A stretch of DNA of 32,000 nt, taken from positions 17,532-49,531 of the forward strand of contig JAFGBS010000032.1 in assembly GCA_016933055.1 (NCBI GenBank). The letters are read 5' to 3'. The translations under genes and the position numbers were made by a program. Origin of the DNA: Promethearchaeota archaeon. Lineage in GTDB: Archaea > Asgardarchaeota > Lokiarchaeia > Sigyniarchaeales > Promethearchaeaceae. The notes below the pieces were generated by a model that was not told where the DNA came from, ran no database searches, and was given only the letters and a program-made list of their open reading frames with translations. Positions 17,633 to 27,778 of the stretch are shown piece after piece (position 1 is the stretch's first letter; each line of letters begins with the position of its first letter).

Positions 17633-20600
17633 TTAGGACCTTAATCTCCAGAACGATTCTCCCTCTTTTTCAATAATCTCAATTAACTCTTCTTTGAATA
17701 ATTCTTGAAGTTTAGCTGCCAGTGAACGAATTCCTGTCTCATCCTCTATATCGAATTCAGCAATCAAATCTTCAAACTCGTATAATTCATCATTTGCAAA
17801 GACTTCTAGCAAATTCTCGGTTGTAAGGACTTGGTTATAATCTGATAGTGTGTCCTCTGTTTCTCCAATTAATAGTCCATCTTCTTCCATTTCGCTTATT
17901 AATTGATCGATATCTATGTCCTCGACCTCCTCGATTGAGATTGTAGCGGTTTCTGGTGGGGGTGGTGGAACATACTCATGACCACGCACGGAATCTAATG
18001 GAATTGAAGACTCTTGAAGCATTTCATTGAGAAGATCGGTTAAATGCTCAACATATTGTTTCCTACGAGATAGAAATCCAAAAAGTTGAACGATACGCAA
18101 GAATAATTCATCGCGATCTATACTGACACTATCGGAAATAATCATCCGCATAGCATTTTTGAGTTCTAAATCGGAAATTTGATGAAATTTACGGATATCG
18201 GAGGGTATCCGTATCATGTTCGGATCATATTTCTTGGGGTAAAAAAATTCTCCCACCATCTCCAAAGAATCGAACAATTCTTCCAATTTATCTCTTACAT
18301 TTTCCGTCATTCGCTTGATGCTAAAATAATCTTTCAAACGCTTTTGTAACAGTTCCCAATGGATAGGTCCTTCTGAATTTATTATATCCTTCGCAATAGT
18401 CTGCCGATTTACTTTTTTATTAAATTCTTCAGAAGGCATAGCATTTATGGTTGTATATGGAATATAATCCACTACATTAGGTTGTTTCAAATATTGTCTA
18501 CGGAATTTATCTACGGCACTTTCTTTCTCTGATTTGTAATCTGTTTTATCAGAAATTTCGTGAGGTCTACCTTCTTTAATGGTGAATTCTACCTCAATTT
18601 CGTCACTTTCAATTTCCATTGGCTCTGCATCCGGAATAGCAAGTGCCTTGGCTTGTTCTTCTTGGATTTTTTCAATCAACTGTTTAATTGAATTTAGAAT
18701 TTTCTTTGGATCACTGAAATACAAGGGGGAGTAAATATGGAGATATTCATCCCATCCTAGACTTTTCAGTACATTCGCATGGATTCGCTCTCGATCTCTA
18801 GCCTGGGCAGTTCTTTGATAAGAACCTCCATCACATTCCAATCCAATGATATATTGGTAGGCATAATCAGGGTGTTCAATAGCAAGATCAATTTGGAATT
18901 TGCTTTTACCCACTCGCTGATCTACCTTATATCCCCTTTTCTCCAACTCTTCCTTAAGGGATTGTTCTAACGGGCTTGGAGGAATTTGAATATCAATTGC
19001 AGTTTCCATTAAATCAAAAGTTAATCTCGATGTTCTAGCGAATTCAAGATACTCTATCAAACGATTCAAACCAATACTACGAGATTTTGAAATATCTGCT
19101 TCGTAAGGCAAGAACGAACAAAAAATTTTTACATGATATCGTGCACGAGTGATTGCAACATTCAATCGTCTTTCTCCTCCTGTCTTATTCACAGGACCAA
19201 AATTAATGACCATCTTCCCCTCGGTATCTTTACCATATCCAACACTGAATATAATGAAATCCCGTTCGTCTCCTTGAACGTTTTCAAGATTTTTGATAAA
19301 AAGGGGTTCCTCATCATAAGATTTTATTATATCCTCCAAATCAGGATTGTTCTTGTAGATCCTTTCTAAAGATTCTATAATTGCTGTTTGTTGCGCTTCT
19401 GAGAAAGCAATTACACCCAATGAATAGTGGGTGTTGTTTTTCTCATTCACTTGATAATGTTTAACTATATATTGAGCTACTATCTCCGCTTCTACCTTAT
19501 TTCTACGCGTTCGAGCGCGATCATAGACTCCATTTTCTACATAGTGATATTCGATTGCGGATAACTCCGTAACATCCTCCCCTTGAGTTCCTTGTTTCAC
19601 GACATCAGGGAAGGTATATAGATTGTTCTCGTAGAAATGGAAGTTTGAAAATGCAATTAAACCTTCCTTTTTGGAACGATAGTGATAATTGAGCATGATG
19701 ATAGGAAGTCCTATACCAGTACATTCTTCCAAAATACTGTCAAACACGTCGGTGTCTAAATCATCAAAGGATTCAGTTAGGTTTGCGGCGAAGAATTTCG
19801 TAGGGGGTAATTGGTTTTCATCTCCTACAACAATTAGTTGATTTCCACGGAGTATGGCTCCAATTGCGTCTTCTGGGCATACTTGAGAAGCTTCATCGAA
19901 TATGATAACATCAAAAAAATTTGCAAAATTCTCAATAGGCAAATATTTTGCCACAGACAACGGGGACATCAAAAAACACGGTTTCAACCGAGTTACCAAA
20001 TTTTTTGTAAGAGATAATATATACCTTAAGGGCTTAATGTTTCTTTTTTTCGCCATTTCTCGGGTTAAAATGCTATATTCTGACGAATGAATTCCATTGG
20101 TAACCCAAAATTGACTAGGTCTTTCTTCGAATAATTTCTCACATAACCGATAGCGATTTAATTTGATACAATCTTGATCTAGTTCGACGAATTTGTTTTT
20201 GATTTTTTGAATGTACTTATCATTGAATGCACTTAGATTAGAAAATGAGTCCATCCCGTTGATGATCCAAGCGTGTATGAATGATTTTATGAAGATATCA
20301 TATAATGAGACGTCATCCTCAAGAATCGGATTGTGGCGTAATTGTAATACAAAATCATCCACATTTAATTCTTTTAGTTTTTGTAAAATTAACTGGACTG
20401 CAAGCCATCCATCAAATTGTCCAATTTTTGAGACCCAATACTTCGTAATTCTTGAGAATTTAACCCATTCATTGATTTCTTCTTGATGTTGGGGGCAATT
20501 CTTCAATAACGGACTTAATTTTAATTTTAATAACTCAATTTGAGCATATGGGATTGAAATATCCTCAAAATCCTCGATAATTCCCTTGTAGGACTCCATA

Positions 20601-22471
20601 ACTGATTTTTGATAGCGATCTTGGATTTTTTTTATCGATTCCGCTTGCTTTTCATAGGTCAAATTACTTCGGACACGAATAGTACGCTTCAATTCACGTT
20701 TTGCTGCTTGATATGCGGCATTAAATACTTTAACCGAACTAGAATACTCTAAGATTGATTTGGGTTCGAATCGAAAAGCGTATTCATTGTAAGCTTTGAA
20801 AAAGTTATTAATTGCCATAACATCCTCTTGGGTAATAACGTTATGTAGTCCGTATCTTTCCATGAATTCCGCCGTTTTGCTACCTAACCTGATACTTAAA
20901 TTTTCCAATTCTCGTAAATCATCGTATAATTCCGCTTTCATACCAACACCATATTTCAATAATCCCGATTGTGCCCATGGGTTTTCATTATAATGCAGAA
21001 TTATCTCTTTATAACTATCTAACTGCTCTAATAGGTCTTCGATTTCATACAAGGCTTCATCAGTGAATTCTAATGGTCTACGCAGGATGGTTGTTATTAG
21101 TGGTAAATGATTGAGTTTTTGATACTCTCCAATCTTTTCGAATAGTGTATCATTAGCCATTCCTAATGGTGCATGAATGGTTTTTACGTAATCATTAAGG
21201 CGTATTCTTTGAATTCTAAGTTGTTTATATTTCGATTTCTTATAGGTGCGAGGATTCAACTCACAAGCAATCGAACGATTTATTTGATTGAGGACATCCA
21301 TTTTGTTGCTTTTTTCACTATGAAGTTCTAAACAAAATTCTCCTACTCCACATTTATCCAATCGTTTTTTAACTACATCTAATGCCGCGCGTTTTTCTGC
21401 AACAAATAGTACTTTTTTCCCTACTGAAAGGCATTCAGCAATTATATTGGAAATAGTTTGACTTTTACCAGTCCCTGGTGGTCCTCGAATGACCATGGAA
21501 GCGCCCTTTTTTGCAAAGGTAATGGCTTTAAATTGACTGGAGTCGCAATCTAGAATATGATAAGAATTGACAGGTTCTGCATTATCTGAGTATTCTGATT
21601 CATCGGGTATATTTCTAGAATCTTCAATATATCCCTCACCCTCTGCTATAGCCCGGATAATGCGATGTTCCCAAATTCTTTCTATATTATTTTCTAAATC
21701 TTGATACATCGTGTTTTTTGCAAATGAAAATAGTCCCACGTATGAACGTTCCGATAACTCCCACTCCCGGTATTTTTTAATAATAGTTCGAATGTTTTCG
21801 ATGTATTCTAGCAGAGTATCACTTGTAAACGATTCGGGAAATTCCGGAAGATCCATATTAAAGTCCTTTTTAAACTTCTCTTGGAGTGAAGGATTTAAAG
21901 AGACTTCATCTTCTTGAATTTGGAGCCGATAATCATCCAGAACGCGCTTTCGGTAAAGTTGGACGGGAACAAAAAGTAAGGGGGAATAAACAGGACGGTT
22001 TTTATTATCAATATCATACCATTTGAGCAATCCGAAAAACAGAAACAAAATATTGACGCCTTGTTCTTCAAAGGAAGTTTTTGCACGGCGTTCAATTTTT
22101 TTCATTAACCGTTGAAGGAGTTTATCCGATGTTTTAGTAATAAGAAATCGACGATTTGCTTGAGCTATTTTTTCTTTAATTGCTGCGGCATGTAGATCTG
22201 ATAAACGCTTATTATACTCTTCATCTGTCTCTTCAGGTTCCCTGAGAACAGCAGCTGGTTCAAATACTGGTGGAAACATGAATCTCTTATTCCTTATCAC
22301 AAGTTCATTAAACAGCCAATAGATATGAGGATGGATAATTTCAATTGCATTCCGTGAACCTGGTTTAAAATATAGTTGTTTATTACGATGAGACACATCT
22401 AAAAGGTTCTGTTTCCATACTGTGAGCTTATTCCGAAATTTTACTGAGCCTACTTTTGCCAATCCAGACAT
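17633..22471 (-). CDS. DUF4011 - SF1 (Upf1-like) helicase - Vsr-like nuclease - DUF3320-like fusion (Hhe-type architecture)
   Basis: WKQNLLDVSHRNKQL and LFLFFGLLKW..YSPLLFVPV (DUF4011); DCDSSQ, GPPGTGKS, FDEASQ, VGDENQLPP, LNYHYRS, NVQGDERD and RRLNVAITRAR (SF1 motifs); IDLAI...GLECDG..Y...ARDR..LGW (nuclease); IINSEGPIH (DUF3320-like). Confidence 0.93.
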   Translation of the reverse strand: MSGLAKVGSVKFRNKLTVWKQNLLDVSHRNKQLYFKPGSRNAIEIIHPHIYWLFNELVIRNKRFMFPPVFEPAAVLREPEETDEEYNKRLSDLHAAAIKEKIAQANRRFLITKTSDKLLQRLMKKIERRAKTSFEEQGVNILFLFFGLLKWYDIDNKNRPVYSPLLFVPVQLYRKRVLDDYRLQIQEDEVSLNPSLQEKFKKDFNMDLPEFPESFTSDTLLEYIENIRTIIKKYREWELSERSYVGLFSFAKNTMYQDLENNIERIWEHRIIRAIAEGEGYIEDSRNIPDESEYSDNAEPVNSYHILDCDSSQFKAITFAKKGASMVIRGPPGTGKSQTISNIIAECLSVGKKVLFVAEKRAALDVVKKRLDKCGVGEFCLELHSEKSNKMDVLNQINRSIACELNPRTYKKSKYKQLRIQRIRLNDYVKTIHAPLGMANDTLFEKIGEYQKLNHLPLITTILRRPLEFTDEALYEIEDLLEQLDSYKEIILHYNENPWAQSGLLKYGVGMKAELYDDLRELENLSIRLGSKTAEFMERYGLHNVITQEDVMAINNFFKAYNEYAFRFEPKSILEYSSSVKVFNAAYQAAKRELKRTIRVRSNLTYEKQAESIKKIQDRYQKSVMESYKGIIEDFEDISIPYAQIELLKLKLSPLLKNCPQHQEEINEWVKFSRITKYWVSKIGQFDGWLAVQLILQKLKELNVDDFVLQLRHNPILEDDVSLYDIFIKSFIHAWIINGMDSFSNLSAFNDKYIQKIKNKFVELDQDCIKLNRYRLCEKLFEERPSQFWVTNGIHSSEYSILTREMAKKRNIKPLRYILSLTKNLVTRLKPCFLMSPLSVAKYLPIENFANFFDVIIFDEASQVCPEDAIGAILRGNQLIVVGDENQLPPTKFFAANLTESFDDLDTDVFDSILEECTGIGLPIIMLNYHYRSKKEGLIAFSNFHFYENNLYTFPDVVKQGTQGEDVTELSAIEYHYVENGVYDRARTRRNKVEAEIVAQYIVKHYQVNEKNNTHYSLGVIAFSEAQQTAIIESLERIYKNNPDLEDIIKSYDEEPLFIKNLENVQGDERDFIIFSVGYGKDTEGKMVINFGPVNKTGGERRLNVAITRARYHVKIFCSFLPYEADISKSRSIGLNRLIEYLEFARTSRLTFDLMETAIDIQIPPSPLEQSLKEELEKRGYKVDQRVGKSKFQIDLAIEHPDYAYQYIIGLECDGGSYQRTAQARDRERIHANVLKSLGWDEYLHIYSPLYFSDPKKILNSIKQLIEKIQEEQAKALAIPDAEPMEIESDEIEVEFTIKEGRPHEISDKTDYKSEKESAVDKFRRQYLKQPNVVDYIPYTTINAMPSEEFNKKVNRQTIAKDIINSEGPIHWELLQKRLKDYFSIKRMTENVRDKLEELFDSLEMVGEFFYPKKYDPNMIRIPSDIRKFHQISDLELKNAMRMIISDSVSIDRDELFLRIVQLFGFLSRRKQYVEHLTDLLNEMLQESSIPLDSVRGHEYVPPPPPETATISIEEVEDIDIDQLISEMEEDGLLIGETEDTLSDYNQVLTTENLLEVFANDELYEFEDLIAEFDIEDETGIRSLAAKLQELFKEELIEIIEKEGESFWRLRS

Positions 22472-22716
22472 TTTTTTCCTTAACCAAACGAAACTCTAGG
22501 ATCAATATGAAGAAATCTTGCTAATTAGATTATGCTACTCAAAAAACATACTCCTTTTAATTTCTCTCCCGCATCAAATTGATCCTTAGTACTAGTTTAC
22601 ACATTCGTGAATCAAATAGAGTCGACATAAATAACCTATATGTTTGATGTTTTATTAACAATCAAACCACAAAATTAGCATTATGATTTAAAGCTGAACC
22701 TAGACAGAAATGTTTT

Positions 22717-23031
22717 TTATTCGATCCTGAAATTGCGATTGGGGGTTATAATCAGCATATAATCACCCAGTCGTTTCATGTCGCCACCATTCTCTCTACA
22801 ATAGCCTCTTAACTGATCTATGGCGCGTTTTACTTCTACCATCGTGTTTGTATCACTTGCGAGAAATGGTTCAGTGTTACAGACTAATATATTTCCATTT
22901 TTAAGTTCAAGCATGATTTGATTTACATCTCGCAATGATTGAAACTCATACATTTTTACAAAACATAATCGCTTTTCGTATGCTTGTCTTAAATGTGCGA
23001 GATTTTCCAATGTTTTCTTTTGATCAGTCAT
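22717..23031 (-). CDS. sepF: SepF-family protein (archaeal, COG2450-like)
   Basis: VNQIMLELKNGNILV, EVKRAIDQL and GGDMKRLGDYMLIITP. Start placed at the ATG at 23031; the track has 23052. Confidence 0.85.
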   Translation of the reverse strand: MTDQKKTLENLAHLRQAYEKRLCFVKMYEFQSLRDVNQIMLELKNGNILVCNTEPFLASDTNTMVEVKRAIDQLRGYCRENGGDMKRLGDYMLIITPNRNFRIE

Positions 23032-23449
23032 ATTATTCGTTTGTAAATGCATTTTTGGAGGATCAGGAAGATTTTTCTTTGTTCGTCGAATCGTACAACA
23101 CCCTATATAATTTGCTAACTACATAGATTTAGTGACGACATAAAACTTTAAAGATCACAATTACGCAGATCATATCCAGATCATATTAGTATTCGTCATA
23201 CACAAATGGTCAATTTTGGTATTCTACCTCACTGGAGACAGTTTCTGAAGTACAAAAAGAAAAAACTTTATTTAAAAAGGACTTCTATCGCTCCATGTAA
23301 TTAAAAAAAGATTTAGATCAATAAACGAATTTTGCACTACCCCAAGGATTTTTCCTTAATGATAGTACTATTAGTTTTGCGATTCTATTTTCGTTTCTAA
23401 TTACGCACTATTCAAAAAAAAATCAGTTATATAAAAGTGATATAATAAA

Positions 23450-23698
23450 ATGGCAACCGGTACTGTAAAATGGTTCAATTCCCGCAAGGGATTCGGCTTT
23501 ATTACCCCTGAAGAGGGAGAGAAGGACGTATTCGTCCATTATTCTGCTATCAAAACTGGTGAAGGTGAATTTGCCTCGCTTAACGAAAATGATAAAGTAG
23601 AATATGAGGTAGTCGAGACAGAAAAAGGCTTAGAAGCCCGTGATGTAGTCGTTACCGAAAAAGCACCATTCCAACCACGAAGAAGAGAACGATATTAA
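23450..23698 (+). CDS. csp: Cold-shock domain protein (CspA family)
   Basis: [13 protein letters not shown]1 KGFGFI, RNP2 VFVHYSAI and KGLEARDV. Confidence 0.97.
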   Translation: MATGTVKWFNSRKGFGFITPEEGEKDVFVHYSAIKTGEGEFASLNENDKVEYEVVETEKGLEARDVVVTEKAPFQPRRRERY

Positions 23699-23728
23699 AT
23701 CGAACTTAGTGTTTTGGATTTTTTAACA

Positions 23729-23766
23729 AATTCCCATTTCGGGATTCTTTCTTTTTCTTTCTTTCT
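23729..23766 (+). terminator. Candidate terminator after csp
   Basis: Short TCCC-ATTTC-GGGA hairpin followed by an extended T/C tract. Confidence 0.4.
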
Positions 23767-24173
23767 ATATAAGGCTTTTATGACGTATCAACATCTATCT
23801 TACAATTTTAAATCTATTTATTAGTATCCTCTCAAAAATCTATATGTAAATAAGATTAACTATCATAAATCTGCCCGAAACATAAAGAAATCATCTCTGG
23901 CCAACTTTTAGCTAGTGAACCTGGTATCAAAATAGAGATTCTTATCGGGAAGTGTAGAACTGAATTCAAATTTTGGGTAAAAATAGAAACCGAACTCCCT
24001 AAAAAATACCTTAAGATATTAAAAGAAAGTACGAAAATCCGTACTATATAATTTCCAGTCCGAATGGTATACAGCTCAAGATTTACAAACACTCATGTGT
24101 AGAGCAATCCAAAACTTAATTCATGGAAAAAATAGGTATATTGGATAGGGGGAAAGGATCCTTAGAGTAAACT

Positions 24174-25139
24174 TCATTTTTTTTGATTTTTCACGTAAAA
24201 CTCGGATTTATTCAGCAAATAATGACGAATTGCTGGTTTACACATCCAAATGAAAAATTTAATTGCTCGGAATCGTTTTTTAACGGATTTGTAAAAATCC
24301 CCTAAGGAAAACCGCTGATATTTTAATTTTCTTTGGGATTCATCAGTATCAAGATAACCACAATGCGCACCTTTAGTTGCAAAAGCTTCAGATGGTAAGA
24401 GATCTCTTCCCAATCCTAAAATCTCCAAGACATCATCAAGGAATTCTTTGTAAGATTTTCTGCATTTCTCTCCACCACCTATTAAATAGGCCCCATTTAA
24501 TATATCTTCATTTTCAACCGCATGAGTTAAGGCTAAACCCACATCTCTTGGATGGCAAGTCTCAAAGCTTGTTTTAAGCGGGTAACGGAACATAAGTGGA
24601 TCTAATGTAAACGTTGTCGGTATGATTGCAGCAAGTCGGAATATCGCATACTTAATCCCGGATTCTTGAATTATTTTTTCTGCTTTAATTTTGCTGTTTG
24701 CATACACGTCTCCTAAATTAGGTCTAAATGGATCGGTTTTTTTAATGAATGGATTACGAACACGGTCTCCATACACAGAAATTGAACTGGTAAAGATAAG
24801 TTTCGTGTTTGGGGAATATTCTTTTATAACAGAAACGATATTTTCAGTTCCCCCCACGTTCACCTGTTCTGTCAATTTAGGGTGCACATCAGCAATTGGG
24901 GGAATTATTCCAGCGACGTGAATTACAGCATCTTTACCTCTTATTACGGATACTAAATCATTTCTGTTACGTAAGTCTCCCCAAACAATTTCAATTTTCT
25001 TTCGATATTTTCGAGAAGTATTTCGGTTTCTTCGATTATTTAGATCAAATGCTGTGACTTTATACCCTATGTCCAGCAATTCCTCTAATGTAGCAGTACC
25101 GATGTTTCCAAAAGCACCTGTGATTAATATACGTGTCAT
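24174..25139 (-). CDS. NAD-dependent epimerase/dehydratase (extended SDR)
   Basis: ILITGAFGNIG, VIHVAG, VNVGGT, catalytic YANSK and IFRL. Start placed at the ATG at 25139 (MTRIL). Confidence 0.92.
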   Translation of the reverse strand: MTRILITGAFGNIGTATLEELLDIGYKVTAFDLNNRRNRNTSRKYRKKIEIVWGDLRNRNDLVSVIRGKDAVIHVAGIIPPIADVHPKLTEQVNVGGTENIVSVIKEYSPNTKLIFTSSISVYGDRVRNPFIKKTDPFRPNLGDVYANSKIKAEKIIQESGIKYAIFRLAAIIPTTFTLDPLMFRYPLKTSFETCHPRDVGLALTHAVENEDILNGAYLIGGGEKCRKSYKEFLDDVLEILGLGRDLLPSEAFATKGAHCGYLDTDESQRKLKYQRFSLGDFYKSVKKRFRAIKFFIWMCKPAIRHYLLNKSEFYVKNQKK

Positions 25140-25843
25140 TTTCTTTAGTATTCCGAGAATCAATTGATATTTAATTAACAATATTGTTAAAAATACATAG
25201 CAGGTTGTTATACCTATATAGTGAGTCTGGTATTTTAATATTTTCTAAAAATAATTTGAAGTAAAAATAAATTAGATAACAAGAAAATCACCAAAAATCA
25301 AGATGAATCGAGATAAATATATATTCCTTATCAACATATGTGGGACGGATTTGCGACCTATCAATTGGGTAACGAGTGCTCTTACGTCACATCTATGGTT
25401 AGCCCATGGAAATACACCATGGATATACAGCCGAGATTTTAGCCGTAGTGCTAACATAGATAAAGGAAATGCGACTTATTCACATCACATGGTTGAGCTA
25501 ATCAACATCTATTCTGTTGAATACATCATAAATAGCAACTCTTTACCTTAATCCTATCATTCTCCAGCGTGAAGCGCGTAAACCAGAGTAAAATACGAAT
25601 TCTAAAGTGATTTTGTACCCAATCAGATGTTAATAGCAGATGTCCTTGATGCAGAAAGGATAGGCAAGTACCAATCCAAAAGGGGAGTGTTTAGCTTGAG
25701 AGATTATGAATCTAAATCCCCCTATCCATTAGGAAGGCAAATTGACCAAAGTTCATACTATATACCCTATGTTCACCCATAGCAATATTTTTTGAAATTA
25801 TGGAATAGGTTATAAAGTAAAAAAAAAATGAGACATTAAAATT

Positions 25844-27631
25844 TTAATTTTTAAGTCGTTTTTTCATTGCTAGTAGAGTTAAAGTAAGACCAATTCCGGT
25901 GCTAGCAAGTATCATCCAAATACCCGCACCAGGGATTTCTAATCCTCCACCACAATTACCAATTTGAAAAGTTCGTTCTCCGACAGTATAGGTGTAGATT
26001 CCGTCTGTATATTGGAAATCATATGTGTGTTCACCATTACTAAATGTCTTACTGTAGGAATAGGTTACTCCACCGTCCCAGTCATTACTATCGGGTGTTG
26101 CATCGATATGGATTCCATCTATGATAAATTCTGCAGTTATGGGTAAATTATTGTATTGGGATGCCGAAGCGCTAAATTCTACGTATCCGTTATCGAAACA
26201 AGATCCTCCACCCACAATATATATGTAACCTAATAGATTTTTTACGAACTGCCATGCTCCAAATGTGTTATAAATAAATAGAGCTGACTCACTACCAGCG
26301 TGACCAATTACACCGAGTTCTGGAATTCCATCTGTTGCATTTATTGTTCCATAGCTGTTTACCATGTCATCCATGAGACATAAATCAAATACATCTACTG
26401 AAGAACCATCCCATTGCCAAGCAAATGCACCATGTGTCCAATGTTTCGTCATATTATTACCAAGAATAACTCCGACAACTCCATCTGCTCCGATAGCAAA
26501 TTCATGGTAGCCATCAGAATTAAAATCACCAACATCTAAGATTACATTTATATCCCAACCAAAATTCAAACTTGTATCTATTGCTCCTGTTCCTAAATTC
26601 CATACATGGAGGTATCCGGCAGAATTTCCCGTAATAACATGGGTAGAGTTAAATACTTGAACATCTCTTAAAGTGTTTCCAATAGTTGCACTTCCAAGGG
26701 ATTGAATTTCTGACCCATCTGCTCCGCTTAATAAGAATATTCCCGAAGAGGATGTGCCAACAACGATGTCATCAATAGTATCAGCATTTTGATCTCCTAC
26801 AGCGAGAATACTACTGATATATCCACTTGTAACTACTTCAACATCCCAAATCACTTGATTTGTATTTTTATTTGATAGAGCTGTTACATTCGCATCACGA
26901 GCAACAACAATATCACTCTCTGAATATGAAGTATCCCCGTCTAAATCACCGATTTCAGTTATCACATTTTTAACTGATTGATATTGAAGACTATTGATAA
27001 AAGAATAATATCCAATATCCAAATCGGCGATTTGTACGAGAGATGGAGAGTTCAAATTTCGTATTACGTAAACTTCACCCCACTCGCAACATAGTACAGC
27101 CCCTTGATACCCGGTATCAAATTCTCCTAGAGCGAGGTCTATAGGTGCACTTGCTAATGATGCATACCAATCTTCCGTCAAATAAAAGCTCTCGCCCACA
27201 ATAGATTGTGTAACAACTCTATCTGAAGAACCAGCTTGAATATAAATCAAATCCATGTTGCCTGAAGAATCCTCAAATTTCTCCATGTCATAGATGGTAT
27301 CTACATGTGCTCCTTGGTGAGCAGGAAGTCCCACGGGATAAATTCTATTCCAAATCTCGAGAGACCGCCAAGAACCCATTCCATACCCCCCTGAAGCGAT
27401 GTATTCGGTTTGACTCGTTTGACCTGCTTCGGAATTAATACCTTGAACACATAATCCAGATGCAACTCCTAGATTTTGCTGATAGAATTGCTGAGGATTA
27501 AGAACATAATGCCCTTCATCCATTAGCGTTGTATCACTCGCTCTAATAGGGATTGCGAAACTGCTATATAATCCAATAAAAAGAGCAATACAAACTAGTA
27601 CTGTAATTTTATTAACTTTCATAATACTCAC
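25844..27631 (-). CDS. Secreted surface protein with FG-GAP/VCBS-like repeats and a Loki-CTERM-like anchor
   Basis: N-terminal signal peptide; repeats IGDLDGD, VGDQNADTIDDIVVG and VGDFNSDGYHEFAIG; C-terminal IPGA + TM helix + KKRLKN. Confidence 0.8.
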   Translation of the reverse strand: MSIMKVNKITVLVCIALFIGLYSSFAIPIRASDTTLMDEGHYVLNPQQFYQQNLGVASGLCVQGINSEAGQTSQTEYIASGGYGMGSWRSLEIWNRIYPVGLPAHQGAHVDTIYDMEKFEDSSGNMDLIYIQAGSSDRVVTQSIVGESFYLTEDWYASLASAPIDLALGEFDTGYQGAVLCCEWGEVYVIRNLNSPSLVQIADLDIGYYSFINSLQYQSVKNVITEIGDLDGDTSYSESDIVVARDANVTALSNKNTNQVIWDVEVVTSGYISSILAVGDQNADTIDDIVVGTSSSGIFLLSGADGSEIQSLGSATIGNTLRDVQVFNSTHVITGNSAGYLHVWNLGTGAIDTSLNFGWDINVILDVGDFNSDGYHEFAIGADGVVGVILGNNMTKHWTHGAFAWQWDGSSVDVFDLCLMDDMVNSYGTINATDGIPELGVIGHAGSESALFIYNTFGAWQFVKNLLGYIYIVGGGSCFDNGYVEFSASASQYNNLPITAEFIIDGIHIDATPDSNDWDGGVTYSYSKTFSNGEHTYDFQYTDGIYTYTVGERTFQIGNCGGGLEIPGAGIWMILASTGIGLTLTLLAMKKRLKN

Positions 27632-27778
27632 AAAATTTTTTGTTTATTTTTCGAAAAACAATTGGTAGAACCTTTAGTCCTCTCAATTACTACATACAAT
27701 GCAAAATTCTACCTTTAAGTATTTGTGACCTTATAGGAATAACGGACATTTTTATAGAGATCAAAACATTTCTGTAGA

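Noticed and set aside
22935-23126. 63-aa plus-strand ORF
   Set aside because: It is antisense to the 5' part of sepF and has no motif.
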